Positions 1 through 11,695 are shown, counted from the stretch's first letter. The stretch is 64,000 nt of DNA from an uncultured bacterium (GCA_963707655.1 OY970172.1:160001-224000), one strand, 5' to 3'. The notes: a model not told the origin generated them from the letters alone. Made by a program: numbers and translations.

Positions 1-598
1 AATGACTCAGGTTTTTTCTGAAAAAAAAGGTTGTTCCGGTTACCGCTATTGATGTTTCTAATTGGGTAGTAACTCAAATTAAAAACGAAGAGCGAGATGG
101 CTATGATGCGGTTCAAGTTGGCTGTGTCAAGAGATCGTTATGCGAAGCAAGATTTTTCGATTGATTGGTTTAAAAAACCAAACAATTATTTTAACTTTAT
201 TCGAGAAGTGAGAGTTAAGAAAGATCAGGAGCATCCGCAATTTGTTGTTGGACAACCAGTTGATTTTCATCATTTGTTAACAGCAGGTGATATGGTCGAT
301 GTTATTGGGAGTAACAAAAGGGCGTGGCTTTGCAGGTGTTGTTAGACGACATGGTTTTACTGGGGGCGTGGCAAGCCATGGTTCTACCTTGGGTAAAAGT
401 CCAGGCTCTATTGAGCTTTATGAGATCACAAGGTACGTGTTATTAAGGGTAAAAAGATTGCCAGGGCACATGGGTGCGGAAACAGCATGGTTGAAAAATC
501 TTGAGGTTGTCAAAATTGATCCTGAAGAAAATCTTGTTTTGGTCAAAGGATCAGTTCCCGGCAAATCTGGTTCATTAGTTTTTATGCGAAGAGCGTAG
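1..598 (+). CDS. rplC: 50S ribosomal protein L3 (5'-partial, frameshifted in this assembly)
   Basis: [20 protein letters not shown] and [11 protein letters not shown] motifs spread over several frames; first gene of the S10 block seen here. Confidence 0.95.
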
Positions 599-606
599 GT
601 ACAATA

Positions 607-1266
607 ATGAGTAAACAAAAGATAGCAAAGACGCAAGCTAGAGTAGAATCAGATATTGTTCAAGTAGTATCATCACAAGAATTGAATCTTGATCATGTTG
701 TAAACAGCGACTTCAAATGTCGGTTTTTCAACATGGATACGCGCATTAATGCAAAATTGGCGTCAAGGAACTGTTGGTTGCAAAGATCGCTCTGAAGTTG
801 CTTTTTCCAATAAAAAGCCGTGGAAACAAAAAGGAACCGGTCGCGCTCGTGCAGGATCTGCTCGTTCTCCTGTTTGGCGTGGTGGTGGTGTGACCTTCGG
901 CCCTCAACCGCGTGTAAGAACTTTGCAAGTTAATAAGCAAGTGAAAAAGAGTGTCTTGGCTGACATAGCTTCTCATTACGCGAATAACGGCAAAATAGTT
1001 TCGTTGAATTGGGCTTTGAGCGAACAGCGACCAAGGACAGCCGAAGCATTCAATGCGCTTAAGGAAGCCGGATTAAAAGAGTTAGAATAAATCTTTTTCT
1101 ACCATTGAGCGATGCTTTGAGCTTTGCATCATTTGCAAATATTCCTAATGTAAGAATATTATTCTTTGACCAGGCAAATGCATTTGATATAAGCAACTCG
1201 GATCGCTGGGTGTTTTTGAAAAAAGATTTTGATCACTTTAAAGAGATGGTTTCACAATGGATTTAA
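607..1266 (+). CDS. rplD: 50S ribosomal protein L4 (frameshifted)
   Basis: [41 protein letters not shown]; continues in other frames to TAA at 1266. Confidence 0.95.
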
Positions 1267-1590
1267 GTATTTATCATATTATCTTGAAGCCGATCATCAA
1301 TTCGAACAAAGCTGTTAATTTGAACAGAATGTTGAATAAGTTGGTTTTGAGTGTACATCCAAAAGCAAATAAAGCGTTGGTTGCGGAAGCCTTGAAAAGA
1401 TTTTTAATGTGAAAGTTAAAAAAATCAATATTATTGTTCGCAAAGGCAAAAATCGCCAAGTTCAACGACGTACGGTACAGGAACGCTTACCAAAAAAGCT
1501 ATTATTACTTTAGCAGAAGGATATTCTCTCAATCTTCTAGATCAAGCAGGAACTCCGATGGCATCAGTAGAAGAGCGAAAAGAAGCATAA
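1257..1590 (+). CDS. rplW: 50S ribosomal protein L23 (frameshifted, not in ORF track)
   Basis: Manual translation gives [48 protein letters not shown]; lies between rplD and rplB. Confidence 0.9.
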
Positions 1591-1599
1591 GGGTATACA

Positions 1600-2420
1600 A
1601 TGGCTATAATTAGAAGAAAACCTCGAAATTCTTCTCTACGATTTCAAACCTTTCTTGATTCCAGTGATATTACTACGAATAATCCTGAAAAAAGTTTGGT
1701 TATAGGTTTGAAAAAGGGAGGAGGAAGAAATGCATACGGTCGCATAACAGTGCGTCATCAAGGTGGTGGAGCGGCTCGAAAGTACCGTATGATCGATTTC
1801 AAACGAACTCAAAAAGATGTTAAGGGACGTGTTGCTACGGTGGAATATGATCCAAACCGTAACGTACGTATTGGATTAGTTATTTATGAAAATGGGGCAA
1901 AGGCGTATATGCTTCATCCCGAAGGTGTAGTAGTTGGACACGCAGTGATTGCGAGCCAAGGTGCCGAAGCAAAAGTTGGCAATTGCCTACCATTGCGCAA
2001 TATCCCTGTTGGTTTTATGGTGCATAATATTGAAATCGCTCCTGGATCAGGCGGCAAGTTTGCTCGTAGTGCAGGAACATCATCTCAGTTTGTTGCTAAA
2101 ACAGAAGATGATTATGCAACATTAAGAATGCCATCAGGGGAAATTCGCATGGTTCTCTTGATTGTTGGGCAACTGTGGGTGTCTTAGGTAATGCTGATTA
2201 TCAAAATATTACCTGGGGTAAAGCGGGACGCACGAGATATCGTGGTATTAGGCCAACGGTGCGTGGTATGGCAATGAACCCTGTTGACCATCCACATGGT
2301 GGTGGTGAAGGTCGTTCTAAGTCTGGATCTCATCCGGTGAGTCCATGGGGTAAGGGATCTAAGGGTACTAGAACACGCGTACGTAAGAATCCTTTGATTC
2401 TCAAGCGACGTCGCCCATAG
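1600..2420 (+). CDS. rplB: 50S ribosomal protein L2 (one frameshift near 2160-2185)
   Basis: [45 protein letters not shown]. Confidence 0.97.
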
Positions 2421-2461
2421 TGGTTATAACATTAGTTTAAGAATATTTATTGAGGTTTATT

Positions 2462-2746
2462 ATGGCAAGATCTGCTGATAAAGGCCCATATGTGCATCCT
2501 TCGTTGCTGAAGAAAGTCAAAAAAGTTAAAGAATCTGGCAAGCGAGATGTTATTAAGACATGGTCGCGAGGAAGCATGGTAATACCAGAATTTGTTGGAT
2601 TAACCATTGCGGTTCATAACGGCAAAAAATTTGTCTCAGTCTTTATAACTGAGAATATGGTAGGTCATTATCTTGGCGAATTTTCACCAACTAGCACCTT
2701 TAAGCTTCATAGTGGTCAGCGTCAAGCTGGTGAAGCTGGAAAATGA
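2462..2746 (+). CDS. rpsS: 30S ribosomal protein S19
   Basis: [34 protein letters not shown]. Confidence 0.97.
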   Translation: MARSADKGPYVHPSLLKKVKKVKESGKRDVIKTWSRGSMVIPEFVGLTIAVHNGKKFVSVFITENMVGHYLGEFSPTSTFKLHSGQRQAGEAGK

Positions 2747-2836
2747 TTGATAAAACTCATAATTTCGGTGTACAGCCTGTTGTATATCTGATATTATGAA
2801 AAGAGCAAATTTAAGTAATTGATAAGGTTTTTTATA

Positions 2837-3178
2837 ATGCAAATTACCGCAAAAGCAAAATATATACGTCTCTCCCCTTACAAGATTCGCCCTTTGGCGG
2901 ATGTAGTTCGCGGCAAGACGTGCGCTTTATGCCTTAATTGGCTCGCTACTTGCGCAGTTAAAAGAGCAATTCCGCTTCAAAAATTGATTGAATCAGCAGT
3001 TGCCAATGCTAAGCACAATAACAATATTGAATTAAGTGCATTATTGGTTAAAGATATTCGTATTGATCAAGGTCCGATCATTCGCTATTTCAAGCCGGGC
3101 GCTATGGGGCGTGCGAATATTTACAGAAAACGTTTGAGTCATATGAGTGTTGTTTTAGAATCTCAGAAAGAGGTATAG
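2837..3178 (+). CDS. rplV: 50S ribosomal protein L22
   Basis: AKAKYIRLSPYK, SAVANAKHN, DQGP..R..PGAMGRA. Confidence 0.96.
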   Translation: MQITAKAKYIRLSPYKIRPLADVVRGKTCALCLNWLATCAVKRAIPLQKLIESAVANAKHNNNIELSALLVKDIRIDQGPIIRYFKPGAMGRANIYRKRLSHMSVVLESQKEV

Positions 3179-3179
3179 C

Positions 3180-3812
3180 GTGGGACAAAAGGTTAATCCA
3201 ATAGGATTTCGTTTAGGTGTCTACCGTGATTGGGATGCTCGCTGGTTTGCCAGAAAGTCTTACGGACTAGAGCTTTTGGAAGATATTTCTATAAGAAATT
3301 ATTTGAATCGAGCTTTGGAAAATGCTGAAATAGCTCGTGTTGAAATTGAAAAATCTGTTGATAGTGTTCGCATCATTCTCCATTCTGGTCGCTCCGGTGT
3401 TGTGATTGGTAAAAGAGGCCAGGGAATTGAAGCTTTGAAAAATGATTTGGCTTCCTTGCTCAAGAAAAAGAATATAGAAATTTCGGTGCAAGAAGTTAAG
3501 AGCCCCGAGCTTAACGCTACCTTGGTAGCTAAAAACATTGCTGATCAATTGGTCAAGCGAGCAAGCTTTAAAAAAGTGATGAAAAGAGCAGCTCTTTCTG
3601 CTATTAAGAGTGGCGCAAAGGGTATAAAGATTTGCTGTGCCGGCCGTTTGAATGGCGCTGAGATAGCGCGAGAAGAGTGGACTCGCGTAGGATCTATTCC
3701 TTTGCATACATTACGATCAGATGTTGATTATGGGGTTGCAGAAGCTAAAACGACTTATGGTATTATTGGTATTAAGGTGTGGATCTGCAAAGGCGAATAT
3801 CAGCTTCCTTAG
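3180..3812 (+). CDS. rpsC: 30S ribosomal protein S3
   Basis: MGQKVNPIGFRLG, GRLNGAEIAR, PLHTLRSDVDYG. Confidence 0.98.
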   Translation: MGQKVNPIGFRLGVYRDWDARWFARKSYGLELLEDISIRNYLNRALENAEIARVEIEKSVDSVRIILHSGRSGVVIGKRGQGIEALKNDLASLLKKKNIEISVQEVKSPELNATLVAKNIADQLVKRASFKKVMKRAALSAIKSGAKGIKICCAGRLNGAEIAREEWTRVGSIPLHTLRSDVDYGVAEAKTTYGIIGIKVWICKGEYQLP

Positions 3813-3838
3813 TTTAAAGCAAAAGAAAGAATGTAATC

Positions 3839-4264
3839 ATGTTAATGCCCAAAAAAACTAAATTTAGAAAAGTACAAAAAGGTACTATGAGGGGCCGTTC
3901 CAAGGGTGCTCGCACGCTTGAGTTTGGTGAGTATGGATTGCAGGCAATTGAACCGGTAAGGTTAACTGCCCAGCAAATAGAAGCAATACGGGTAACAGTA
4001 ACAAGAAAATTGAAAAAAGTTGGTAAGTTTTTCTTACGTGTGTTTCCTGATAAACCAGTGACCAAAAAGCCTGCTGAAACTCGTATGGGTAAAGGTAAGG
4101 GGAATCCTGAGGTTTGGGTCTCTGTGGTAAAACGTGAAAGAATTATTTGCGAGCTTGCTGGCCTTACAGAAGTTGAAGCACGTGAAATTTTTAAAGCCGC
4201 TTCTTATAAATTACCAATGAAAACAAGATTTGTTAAAAAAGAAGCTGAGCTTGGTGCTCAATAA
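3839..4264 (+). CDS. rplP: 50S ribosomal protein L16
   Basis: [33 protein letters not shown]. Confidence 0.98.
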   Translation: MLMPKKTKFRKVQKGTMRGRSKGARTLEFGEYGLQAIEPVRLTAQQIEAIRVTVTRKLKKVGKFFLRVFPDKPVTKKPAETRMGKGKGNPEVWVSVVKRERIICELAGLTEVEAREIFKAASYKLPMKTRFVKKEAELGAQ

Positions 4265-4291
4265 AAAGGCTGTTGATCGAAAGAATGATTC

Positions 4292-4498
4292 ATGAAAACA
4301 AGTGATTTCAAAAAAGAGTTGAAACAGGTGTCTCGTCAGCAATTGGGAGAATATCTCGATGGGTTGCAGAGGGAGCTTTTCAAGTTGAAGCTTAATGTGT
4401 CAACAATGCATAGTAAAGATTATTCTCTTTTCAAAAAAATTAGAAAAAATATTGCGCGCGTTTTGACGAGTATGAACGCAAAACAAGAATCTAAATAA
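4292..4498 (+). CDS. rpmC: 50S ribosomal protein L29
   Basis: ELFKLK..IRKNIARVLT; operon position. Confidence 0.92.
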   Translation: MKTSDFKKELKQVSRQQLGEYLDGLQRELFKLKLNVSTMHSKDYSLFKKIRKNIARVLTSMNAKQESK

Positions 4499-4528
4499 GA
4501 TTTTGGCTTAAATGAATGAAAGTGACCG

Positions 4529-4801
4529 ATGGCAACGAATGAACAAAAAACAAGACGTACATGGACGGGTGTAGTAACTTCAGATAAAATGGACAAAACA
4601 GTAGTTGTCCAGGTTACTAGATCGTTCAAACACTCCGAGTTTCACAAATTTTTAAAAAGTACGAATAAGTTTAAGATACATGACGAAAACAATGAGGCAA
4701 AAGAGGGCGATGTTGTTGAGTTCTACGAAGGTCGTCCGATGTCAAAAACTAAGTATATGTATCTTGCCCGCGTGATCAAAAATCATTCAGCCAAACAATA
4801 A
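4529..4801 (+). CDS. rpsQ: 30S ribosomal protein S17
   Basis: GVVTSDKMDKTVVV, HDENNEAKEGDVV, RPMSKTK. Confidence 0.97.
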   Translation: MATNEQKTRRTWTGVVTSDKMDKTVVVQVTRSFKHSEFHKFLKSTNKFKIHDENNEAKEGDVVEFYEGRPMSKTKYMYLARVIKNHSAKQ

Positions 4802-4819
4802 GGCACTTTCGAGGTAAAT

Positions 4820-5188
4820 ATGGCTATTCAAAAACAATCTTATTTAGAAGTTGCAGATAATTCTGGCGCCAAAGAAGTACAATGCATTCATATCGAGGGA
4901 AGTACTCGTAAGCGTTATGCTCGTATTGGCGACACTATCGTTTGCGCAGTGAAAAAGGCTATTCCGGGAGGGATAGTTAAAAAGGGTCAAGTAGTTAAAG
5001 CAGTAATCGTGCGCACCGTTAAAGAATTTCGACGCGAAGATGGCAGTTATATCCGTTTCGGAGATAATGCCGCCGTTATCATCAAAGATGGTGAACCAGT
5101 TGCTACACGTATTTTTGGTCCTGTTGCCCGTGAATTGAGAGCAAGAGGATATGGTAAAATTATATCTTTAGCTCCAGAAACTTTATAA
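4820..5188 (+). CDS. rplN: 50S ribosomal protein L14
   Basis: [33 protein letters not shown]. Confidence 0.98.
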   Translation: MAIQKQSYLEVADNSGAKEVQCIHIEGSTRKRYARIGDTIVCAVKKAIPGGIVKKGQVVKAVIVRTVKEFRREDGSYIRFGDNAAVIIKDGEPVATRIFGPVARELRARGYGKIISLAPETL

Positions 5189-5203
5189 AGAGGATCTTAT
5201 ATC

Positions 5204-5512
5204 ATGGTAGCAAGAGTGAAAAAAAATGACACCGTTATGATTATTTCGGGAAAAGATAAAGGTAAAAAGGGACTGGTTCTTGAGATAGTTCCTGAGAAAA
5301 ATTTGGTGAGAGTGAAAGATGTTGCGGTAGTCACACGTCACGTTAAAGCGCGTCGCCAGGGAGAAGTTTCTGGTGTTAAAAAAGAAGAAGGTTTTATTTC
5401 TTTGAGTAAAGTTATGCCGATATGTGATGGGCTGCCTACACGAGTCAACAGTAAGGTCCTGGAGGACGGAAAAAAAGTGCGTATTAGCAACAAAAGCAAG
5501 GCGCAGTTCTAA
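5204..5512 (+). CDS. rplX: 50S ribosomal protein L24
   Basis: KKNDTVMIISGKDKGKKG KOW motif. Confidence 0.96.
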   Translation: MVARVKKNDTVMIISGKDKGKKGLVLEIVPEKNLVRVKDVAVVTRHVKARRQGEVSGVKKEEGFISLSKVMPICDGLPTRVNSKVLEDGKKVRISNKSKAQF

Positions 5513-5534
5513 TATTGCTTAAATGAGGATATCA

Positions 5535-6077
5535 ATGGAAAAAGCACGACTTCGCGAATTGTATATTCAAGAGATTCGTCCCCAGTTACAAAAAACGCTG
5601 GCTTTAAAAAATATAATGGAAGTTCCTAAAATAGAAAAAATAGTCCTTAACGTTGGCGTTAAAGAGGCTATTGCTGACAGTAAAGCTATACAAGGTGTTA
5701 TTGACGCTTTGGGTAAAATTACTGGTCAAGCTCCAGTTAAAAGATTGGCGCGTAAATCTATTGCTGGTTTCAAATTGCGTGAAGGAATGGCCATTGGTGC
5801 AATGGTTACTCTGAGAGGCGAGAAAATGTACAACATGCTCGATAGATTGATTAATTTGTCGTTGCCAAAGGTGCGTGATTTCCAGGGGGTAAAAACCACT
5901 TTTGATCGCCAAGGTAATTATAACTTGGGAATCAAGGATTGGACCATATTTCCTGAAATGAGTTTTGAGGCGGGAGAAAAGACTCACGGATTGAACATCA
6001 CGATTCAAACTACCGCTGAAAATGATGCTCATGGATTTGAATTATTAAAAAGTTTTGGAATGCCATTCCGTAAATAA
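5535..6077 (+). CDS. rplE: 50S ribosomal protein L5
   Basis: [39 protein letters not shown]. Confidence 0.98.
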   Translation: MEKARLRELYIQEIRPQLQKTLALKNIMEVPKIEKIVLNVGVKEAIADSKAIQGVIDALGKITGQAPVKRLARKSIAGFKLREGMAIGAMVTLRGEKMYNMLDRLINLSLPKVRDFQGVKTTFDRQGNYNLGIKDWTIFPEMSFEAGEKTHGLNITIQTTAENDAHGFELLKSFGMPFRK

Positions 6078-6099
6078 GGCAATTTTTGAGGTAAAAGAT

Positions 6100-6285
6100 A
6101 TGGCCAGAAAGGCGTTAATAGAAAAATCTAAAAAGACTCCGAAATTTGCAGTAAGAGTGCGCAATCGCTGTAAGTTGTGCGGAAGGCCGCGTGCTTACAT
6201 GAGACTTTTTATGATGTGTCGTATGTGTTTTAGAAAAAATGCTTTGGCGGGATTACTTCCGGGCGTTAAGAAAACTAGTTGGTAA
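6100..6285 (+). CDS. rpsN: 30S ribosomal protein S14, short zinc-binding type
   Basis: 61 aa, [25 protein letters not shown]. Confidence 0.97.
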   Translation: MARKALIEKSKKTPKFAVRVRNRCKLCGRPRAYMRLFMMCRMCFRKNALAGLLPGVKKTSW

Positions 6286-6303
6286 TCTTGTGGAAGGACG
6301 ATA

Positions 6304-6702
6304 ATGTCAATTGATGCTATCGGTGATTTTTTAACTATCATTAGAAATGGATTGATGGCTTCTAAGCCGTCAGTAGTAGCTCCCTACTCTAAAATGCGCG
6401 CAGATATTGCTCGTATTTTACAAGAAGAAGGGTTTATACGTGATTTCGTGATAATCAATGAAGATTCATCAGCAAATAAATCACTTAAAGTTTTGTTAAA
6501 ATATGTTGATGGTGAATCAGTGATTCATGAAATTGTGCGTATAAGCAAGCCATCACGCCGCCGTTATACTGCAATCACTCAAGTAAAACCAGTGATTGGA
6601 GGATTAGGCATTTCAATTCTTACCACAAATCGTGGCATTGTTTCCAATAAACAAGCAAAAGAGTTGAAAGTTGGGGGCGAAGTACTTTGTACCGTTTGGT
6701 AA
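6304..6702 (+). CDS. rpsH: 30S ribosomal protein S8
   Basis: DAIGDFLTIIRNG, RISKPSRRRY, GGEVLCTVW. Confidence 0.97.
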   Translation: MSIDAIGDFLTIIRNGLMASKPSVVAPYSKMRADIARILQEEGFIRDFVIINEDSSANKSLKVLLKYVDGESVIHEIVRISKPSRRRYTAITQVKPVIGGLGISILTTNRGIVSNKQAKELKVGGEVLCTVW

Positions 6703-6711
6703 GGATATAGC

Positions 6712-7266
6712 ATGTCGAAGATTGGCAGAAAGCCGATAGATCTTAATGGTGTAACAGTTGATATTCAAAACAACGATATACACTATAAAGGTAAAAAAAA
6801 TTCAGGCACTTATCATTTGCCTGTTGTGTTAAAAGCAGATGTTGTTGATGGTAAATTACACTTGCAGGTTAATAAATCGGCGCCAGTGAAAGAACTAAAG
6901 ACGGCAAATCGTGTTTGGGGATTAAATCGAGCATTGTTGGCCAACACATTAAAAGGTGCTAACCAAGATTTCGAGAAGAAATTAGAAATTAATGGATTGG
7001 GATTCAAAGCCGCGCTTTCAGGAAGTAAGATAGTTTTTACTTTGGGGTTTAGCCACAAAATAGACTTTGAATTACCTAAAGAAGTAGTGTTTGAGGTTGA
7101 TAAGACCGGACAAAAATTGCTTTTTAAGTCTCCAAATAGAGAATTGCTTGGTCTTGTATGTAGCAAAATACGAGCATTAAGACCACCAGAACCATACAAA
7201 GGCACTGGTATTAAGTACAGCAATGAAGTTATTGTTCGTAAAGCTGGTAAAACAAAAGCTGCATAA
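6712..7266 (+). CDS. rplF: 50S ribosomal protein L6
   Basis: MSKIGRKPI, LGFSH, RPPEPYKGTGIKY. Confidence 0.98.
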   Translation: MSKIGRKPIDLNGVTVDIQNNDIHYKGKKNSGTYHLPVVLKADVVDGKLHLQVNKSAPVKELKTANRVWGLNRALLANTLKGANQDFEKKLEINGLGFKAALSGSKIVFTLGFSHKIDFELPKEVVFEVDKTGQKLLFKSPNRELLGLVCSKIRALRPPEPYKGTGIKYSNEVIVRKAGKTKAA

Positions 7267-7281
7267 TAGATGGAGTAGACT

Positions 7282-7635
7282 GTGATTAACAAGAAAACTA
7301 CAATAAGAGCTCAAAGAAGAGCTTTGCGGGTAAGAAGACGTATCAAAGAAGAAAGTACGCATCACCGCGTGTCCGTTTTTAGGAGTTCGAGTCATATTTA
7401 TGCGCAGATTATCGATGATGCTGCACATAAAACATTGGTAAGTTGTTCAACGCTGGAACTTAAAGATCTTACCGGAAACAAGAAAGAAATTGCTCATGCC
7501 ATAGGTATTGAATTGGCAAAGCGAGCAAAACAAGCGGGTGTTACGGTAGCTGTATTTGATCGAGGCCAATTTCTGTATCACGGACGCGTAAAGTCCTTGG
7601 CAGAGGGCATTCGTGAAGGTGGATTACAAATTTAA
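7282..7635 (+). CDS. rplR: 50S ribosomal protein L18
   Basis: [42 protein letters not shown]. Confidence 0.97.
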   Translation: MINKKTTIRAQRRALRVRRRIKEESTHHRVSVFRSSSHIYAQIIDDAAHKTLVSCSTLELKDLTGNKKEIAHAIGIELAKRAKQAGVTVAVFDRGQFLYHGRVKSLAEGIREGGLQI

Positions 7636-7658
7636 TTAAGCATGCGTAGGAAATACTA

Positions 7659-8201
7659 ATGGCAGAACGCAGAGATGCTAAGGGCGCTAACAAAGATACT
7701 AAAGCAACAAATTTCGTAGATTATGTTGTTAACGTAAATCGCGTGACCAAAGTTACTAAAGGTGGTAAAAGGTTTTCTTTTTCAGCGCTTGTTGTGTGCG
7801 GGGATCAAGAAGGAAAAGTGGGTATAGCTTTAGGTAAGAGCCGTGAAGTTTCATTGGCTATTGCTAAGGCAACCAATAAAGCACGTAAAAATATGATAAC
7901 TGTTCCTCTTAGAGGGAATTCCATTCCTTACGATGTGACCGGTTCTCATGGAGCAAGCAGGGTGGTTATTCGTACAGCTTCAAAAGGTACCGGCGTTATT
8001 GCGGGTGGTGCTATGCGTTCTGTTATGGAAGCGCTTGGAGTTAAGGATGTTCTTGCAAAGTCACTAGGTGCTTCTAATAGACAAAATGTCGTTAAGGCAA
8101 CATTGAACGCATTTGCAAAATTACGTTCAATTAGACATGTGGCGAAGCTAAGAGGTAAAACAATACAAGAATTGACAGGAAAAACGAATGCAGCTCAGTA
8201 A
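7659..8201 (+). CDS. rpsE: 30S ribosomal protein S5
   Basis: [34 protein letters not shown]. Confidence 0.98.
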   Translation: MAERRDAKGANKDTKATNFVDYVVNVNRVTKVTKGGKRFSFSALVVCGDQEGKVGIALGKSREVSLAIAKATNKARKNMITVPLRGNSIPYDVTGSHGASRVVIRTASKGTGVIAGGAMRSVMEALGVKDVLAKSLGASNRQNVVKATLNAFAKLRSIRHVAKLRGKTIQELTGKTNAAQ

Positions 8202-8637
8202 TTTATCTTCATCAGGTAAAAAAAGAAAAACTATTGGTCGTGGTGGCAGCAGGGGTGGAACTGCGGGCAAGGGACACAAAGGGCAAAAAGCTCGTTCAGG
8301 TGGATCACCGCGAGTTGCTTTTGAAGGGGGACAAACACCTCTTTTTCGTCGTCTTCCAAAACGAGGATTCAATAATTTTGAGTTCAGAAAAGTATATGAA
8401 ATTGTTAGCTTGCAACAATTAAACGATGCATTTAAAGATGGTGAAGAAGTAACTAAGCTGTCTTTACACGAAAAAGGTATTGTTAAGTTTAAGAAAGCGC
8501 AACCAGCATTCCTTAAGGTTTTGGGTAGCGGTTCTTTGAGCAAGAAGCTTATTGTGCACGCAGATGCATTTAGTAAATCTGCAGAAAAAGCGATTCAGGA
8601 ACGTGGTGGTGAGGCGCGATTAACAAAGGAGATCTGA
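8188..8637 (+). CDS. rplO: 50S ribosomal protein L15
   Basis: [39 protein letters not shown]. Confidence 0.98.
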   Translation: MQLSNLSSSGKKRKTIGRGGSRGGTAGKGHKGQKARSGGSPRVAFEGGQTPLFRRLPKRGFNNFEFRKVYEIVSLQQLNDAFKDGEEVTKLSLHEKGIVKFKKAQPAFLKVLGSGSLSKKLIVHADAFSKSAEKAIQERGGEARLTKEI

Positions 8638-8641
8638 AGCC

Positions 8642-9958
8642 GTGGTAATACTAAAAAATTTTATTAACATTTTTTATATTCCAGAATTGTTTAAAAAAGT
8701 AATATTTACTTTGGGAGTGCTTATTATTTATCGCTTGGGAACACATATTCCCGTTATTGGCGTTGATATTAATGCATTGCAAGAGATTATGCAGCAGTCT
8801 AAGGGATTGGGTGGCTTTTTTGGCTACCTTGATCTTTTTTCTGGTGGTACCTTGCGTCAATGTACTCTCTTTGCATTGGGTATGGGGCCCTATATTACTG
8901 CATCGATCATGATGCAGATATTAGGTTTTAGTATCCCCGCGCTTGAGCAGTTGCTCAAAGAGGGTGAGTACGGTCGAAAATTGATTAATCAATATACCAG
9001 GTACCTAGCGATATTGGTAAGCGTAGTGCAAAGTAGCGGTATTATTTTGCTTCTAAGACAAAATAACTTGGTTTTGGACTCTAGCTTTGGGTTCTACTTC
9101 ATGTTTATTTTTTCTCTTACTGTCGGTTCCATTTTTCTTATGTGGCTTGGTGAGCAGATCTCTCTTTTTGGTCTGGGCAATGGTAGTTCAATGATTATTT
9201 TTGCTGGTATTGTCTCCTCATTCCCTCAGGATGTTTCTAAGACGTTGTATAGCGTTTTTTCTCTTGAAAGTATGAGTGGCATAGTGGCGCTTTTCCTGTT
9301 GTTTTTCTTCATTGCTATAGCGGCATGTATTGTATTCCTTGAAAAAGGTGAGCGGAAAATTCCTGTGCAATATACTCGCCGTGTTGTAGGCAATAGAGTC
9401 TATGGCGGTCAAAGCACGTATATCCCATTTAAAATCAACACTCCGGGTGTTATGCCGGTGATCTTTACTGGTGCCGTTTTAAACATACCCATGTTTATTG
9501 CGAGCCTATTGGCCACACGCTTCTCAATATTTCAATCGTTAACCAATAGTCTTGAGAGGCTCGGCGCACTTCACAATGTGCTTGAATTTATTTTAATTAT
9601 AGCTTTTTCATATTTTTACACTGCTATTATCTATAATCCTGAAGAGCTGGCTGATAATATTAAGAAAAGTGGTGGCTTTATTCCGGGAATACGCCCAGGA
9701 AGAAAAACAGCTGATTTTTTTAACTATATTCTCACCAGAATAGGTTTAGTCGGTTCTATTTATTTGGCTTTTCTAGCCATAGCACCAAACATTTTGTACA
9801 AACTTGTCTATATGCCCTTCTTTTTAACAGGGACCGCGTTACTCATTGTTGTTGGTGTTGCGATGGATACCGCAGCTCAATTGGAAGCATATCTTATCGA
9901 GCATCGGTATGAAGGATTCTTGACCTACGGTCGGATGAAAATGAGGGGCGCGCGTTGA
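8642..9958 (+). CDS. secY: Preprotein translocase SecY
   Basis: Multi-TM; ALGMGPYITASI, MWLGEQI, GVMPVIF, GGFIPGIRPG. Confidence 0.98.
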   Translation: MVILKNFINIFYIPELFKKVIFTLGVLIIYRLGTHIPVIGVDINALQEIMQQSKGLGGFFGYLDLFSGGTLRQCTLFALGMGPYITASIMMQILGFSIPALEQLLKEGEYGRKLINQYTRYLAILVSVVQSSGIILLLRQNNLVLDSSFGFYFMFIFSLTVGSIFLMWLGEQISLFGLGNGSSMIIFAGIVSSFPQDVSKTLYSVFSLESMSGIVALFLLFFFIAIAACIVFLEKGERKIPVQYTRRVVGNRVYGGQSTYIPFKINTPGVMPVIFTGAVLNIPMFIASLLATRFSIFQSLTNSLERLGALHNVLEFILIIAFSYFYTAIIYNPEELADNIKKSGGFIPGIRPGRKTADFFNYILTRIGLVGSIYLAFLAIAPNILYKLVYMPFFLTGTALLIVVGVAMDTAAQLEAYLIEHRYEGFLTYGRMKMRGAR

Positions 9959-10653
9959 ATAATAGTCGGCTCAAAGATATATACATTTTCATAGGTCCGC
10001 CAGGTTCGGGGAAAGGGACTTTGTCTAACCTTTGCGTTTCTCAGTTTGGTTGGGAGAAATTATCAACAGGCAATTTATGCCGCAAGCATATAATTGAACA
10101 AACTGAAATAGGAAAACAAATAGATTTTGCCTTAAAATCTGGTAAACTTGTTTCTGATAGTCTTATTATTTGTTTGGTCGAAGAATGGTTTGAGCACATA
10201 AGCACAAAAGCTGACGCGGTTATCTTAGATGGCTATCCGCGCACGGTTGCCCAGGCTCAGGCACTTGATGCATATATCAGCAAAAATTTACCATTAGTTA
10301 AAACAACTATTATGAGATTTTTTGTTGACGATGATGTGGTAGTTGCTCGGTTAGGGAGTCGATATACCTGTACGAATAAAGATTGTCAGGCGGTTTATTC
10401 TCTTGTCGAAGGGTCTGCTTTGGCACCAAAGCATGCTGGCGTTTGTGATTATTGTTCATCTCCTCTAGGTAAGAGATCTGATGATGAGAGCCGAGCTATA
10501 AGAGAACGATTGGTTGTGTATCATAAGCATGAGCAAGACCTCTTGTCGTTTTATGCTTCGCGAGAATATGGACTGATTGAGTTTAATGTCGACAAGAATT
10601 TAGACGCTGTTTTTAGTGATTTTAAGCAGTTGACGTGTTTGAATAGCATATGA
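9955..10653 (+). CDS. adk: Adenylate kinase with zinc lid
   Basis: GPPGSGKGT, LDGYPRT, lid Cys pairs, RSDD. Confidence 0.96.
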   Translation: MNNSRLKDIYIFIGPPGSGKGTLSNLCVSQFGWEKLSTGNLCRKHIIEQTEIGKQIDFALKSGKLVSDSLIICLVEEWFEHISTKADAVILDGYPRTVAQAQALDAYISKNLPLVKTTIMRFFVDDDVVVARLGSRYTCTNKDCQAVYSLVEGSALAPKHAGVCDYCSSPLGKRSDDESRAIRERLVVYHKHEQDLLSFYASREYGLIEFNVDKNLDAVFSDFKQLTCLNSI

Positions 10654-11411
10654 TTACGATTAAAAATAAGGCTGCCATTCGCAAGATGGAAGAAGCCGGT
10701 AGATTATTAATTGAAATTTTTGATCAAATTCCAGCACTATTAAAGCCGGGATTAAGCACACTTGAGCTCGATTTGTGGATTGAAGAGCAACAAAAGATGC
10801 GAAACCTCGTCTCGAAGTCAAAGGGTTATAGGGGTTATCGTCATGTGAGTTGCATATCGATCAATGATGAGGTTGTGCACGGTGTTCCGAGTGCGAAAAG
10901 AATCATGGTTGATGGTGATTTGGTAAAAGTTGATGTTTGTGCGTCTTGGAATGGTTATTGTGCCGATATGGCTCGTTCCTTTTTTATAGGAAGTCATTCT
11001 GTGCAGGCGCAAAAATTGGTTGAAGTTGCACAGCAGGCTTTGGACAAGGGCATTGAGAAAGCGCGTCCGGGAAATCGTTTAACCGATATCTCTGCGGCGA
11101 TTCAAAAAGAAGTTGAGCGCATGGGTTTGGCGTAGTTCGTGATTTTGCTGGCCATGGTATTGGCAAAAAAATGCATGAGGATCCGGAAATTTTAAATTAT
11201 GGAAAAGCCTGGACAAGGGCCATTGTTGCAACCGGGCATGACATTTGCCATTGAGCCGATGATTACCCTGGGCAAGTATGATGTATATGTTACCAATGAT
11301 GGATGGACGGTGAAAACTGTTGATAAAAGTTTGGCAGCACATGTAGAGGATACTATCGTGATAACTCAAGACAAGCCAAAAATTATAACCAGAAGCAATG
11401 ATAGGAATTGA
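10650..11411 (+). CDS. map: Methionine aminopeptidase type I (frameshifted)
   Basis: [36 protein letters not shown] across frames. Confidence 0.95.
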
Positions 11412-11427
11412 GCTGATATGAAGCAAG

Positions 11428-11655
11428 ATGCAAAAGCAAAAAGAAGAGGTTATAAGAGTAGATGGTGTGGTAAAAGAGACATTGCCTAATGCAATGTTTC
11501 GTGTTGAAATAGAAGGTGGGCATGAAGTGTTGGGGCATGTTTCAGGAAAAATGCGCATGCATTACATTAGAATTTTACCAGGAGATAGAGTTGCTTTAGA
11601 GTTATCTCCCTATGATTTGACGCGCGGAAGAATTGTATTGCGTTACAAAAATTAA
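11428..11655 (+). CDS. infA: Translation initiation factor IF-1
   Basis: [33 protein letters not shown]. Confidence 0.98.
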   Translation: MQKQKEEVIRVDGVVKETLPNAMFRVEIEGGHEVLGHVSGKMRMHYIRILPGDRVALELSPYDLTRGRIVLRYKN

Positions 11656-11695
11656 TAAGAATTAAAATACTTTTTTATATTTCGGGGAAACTTCC

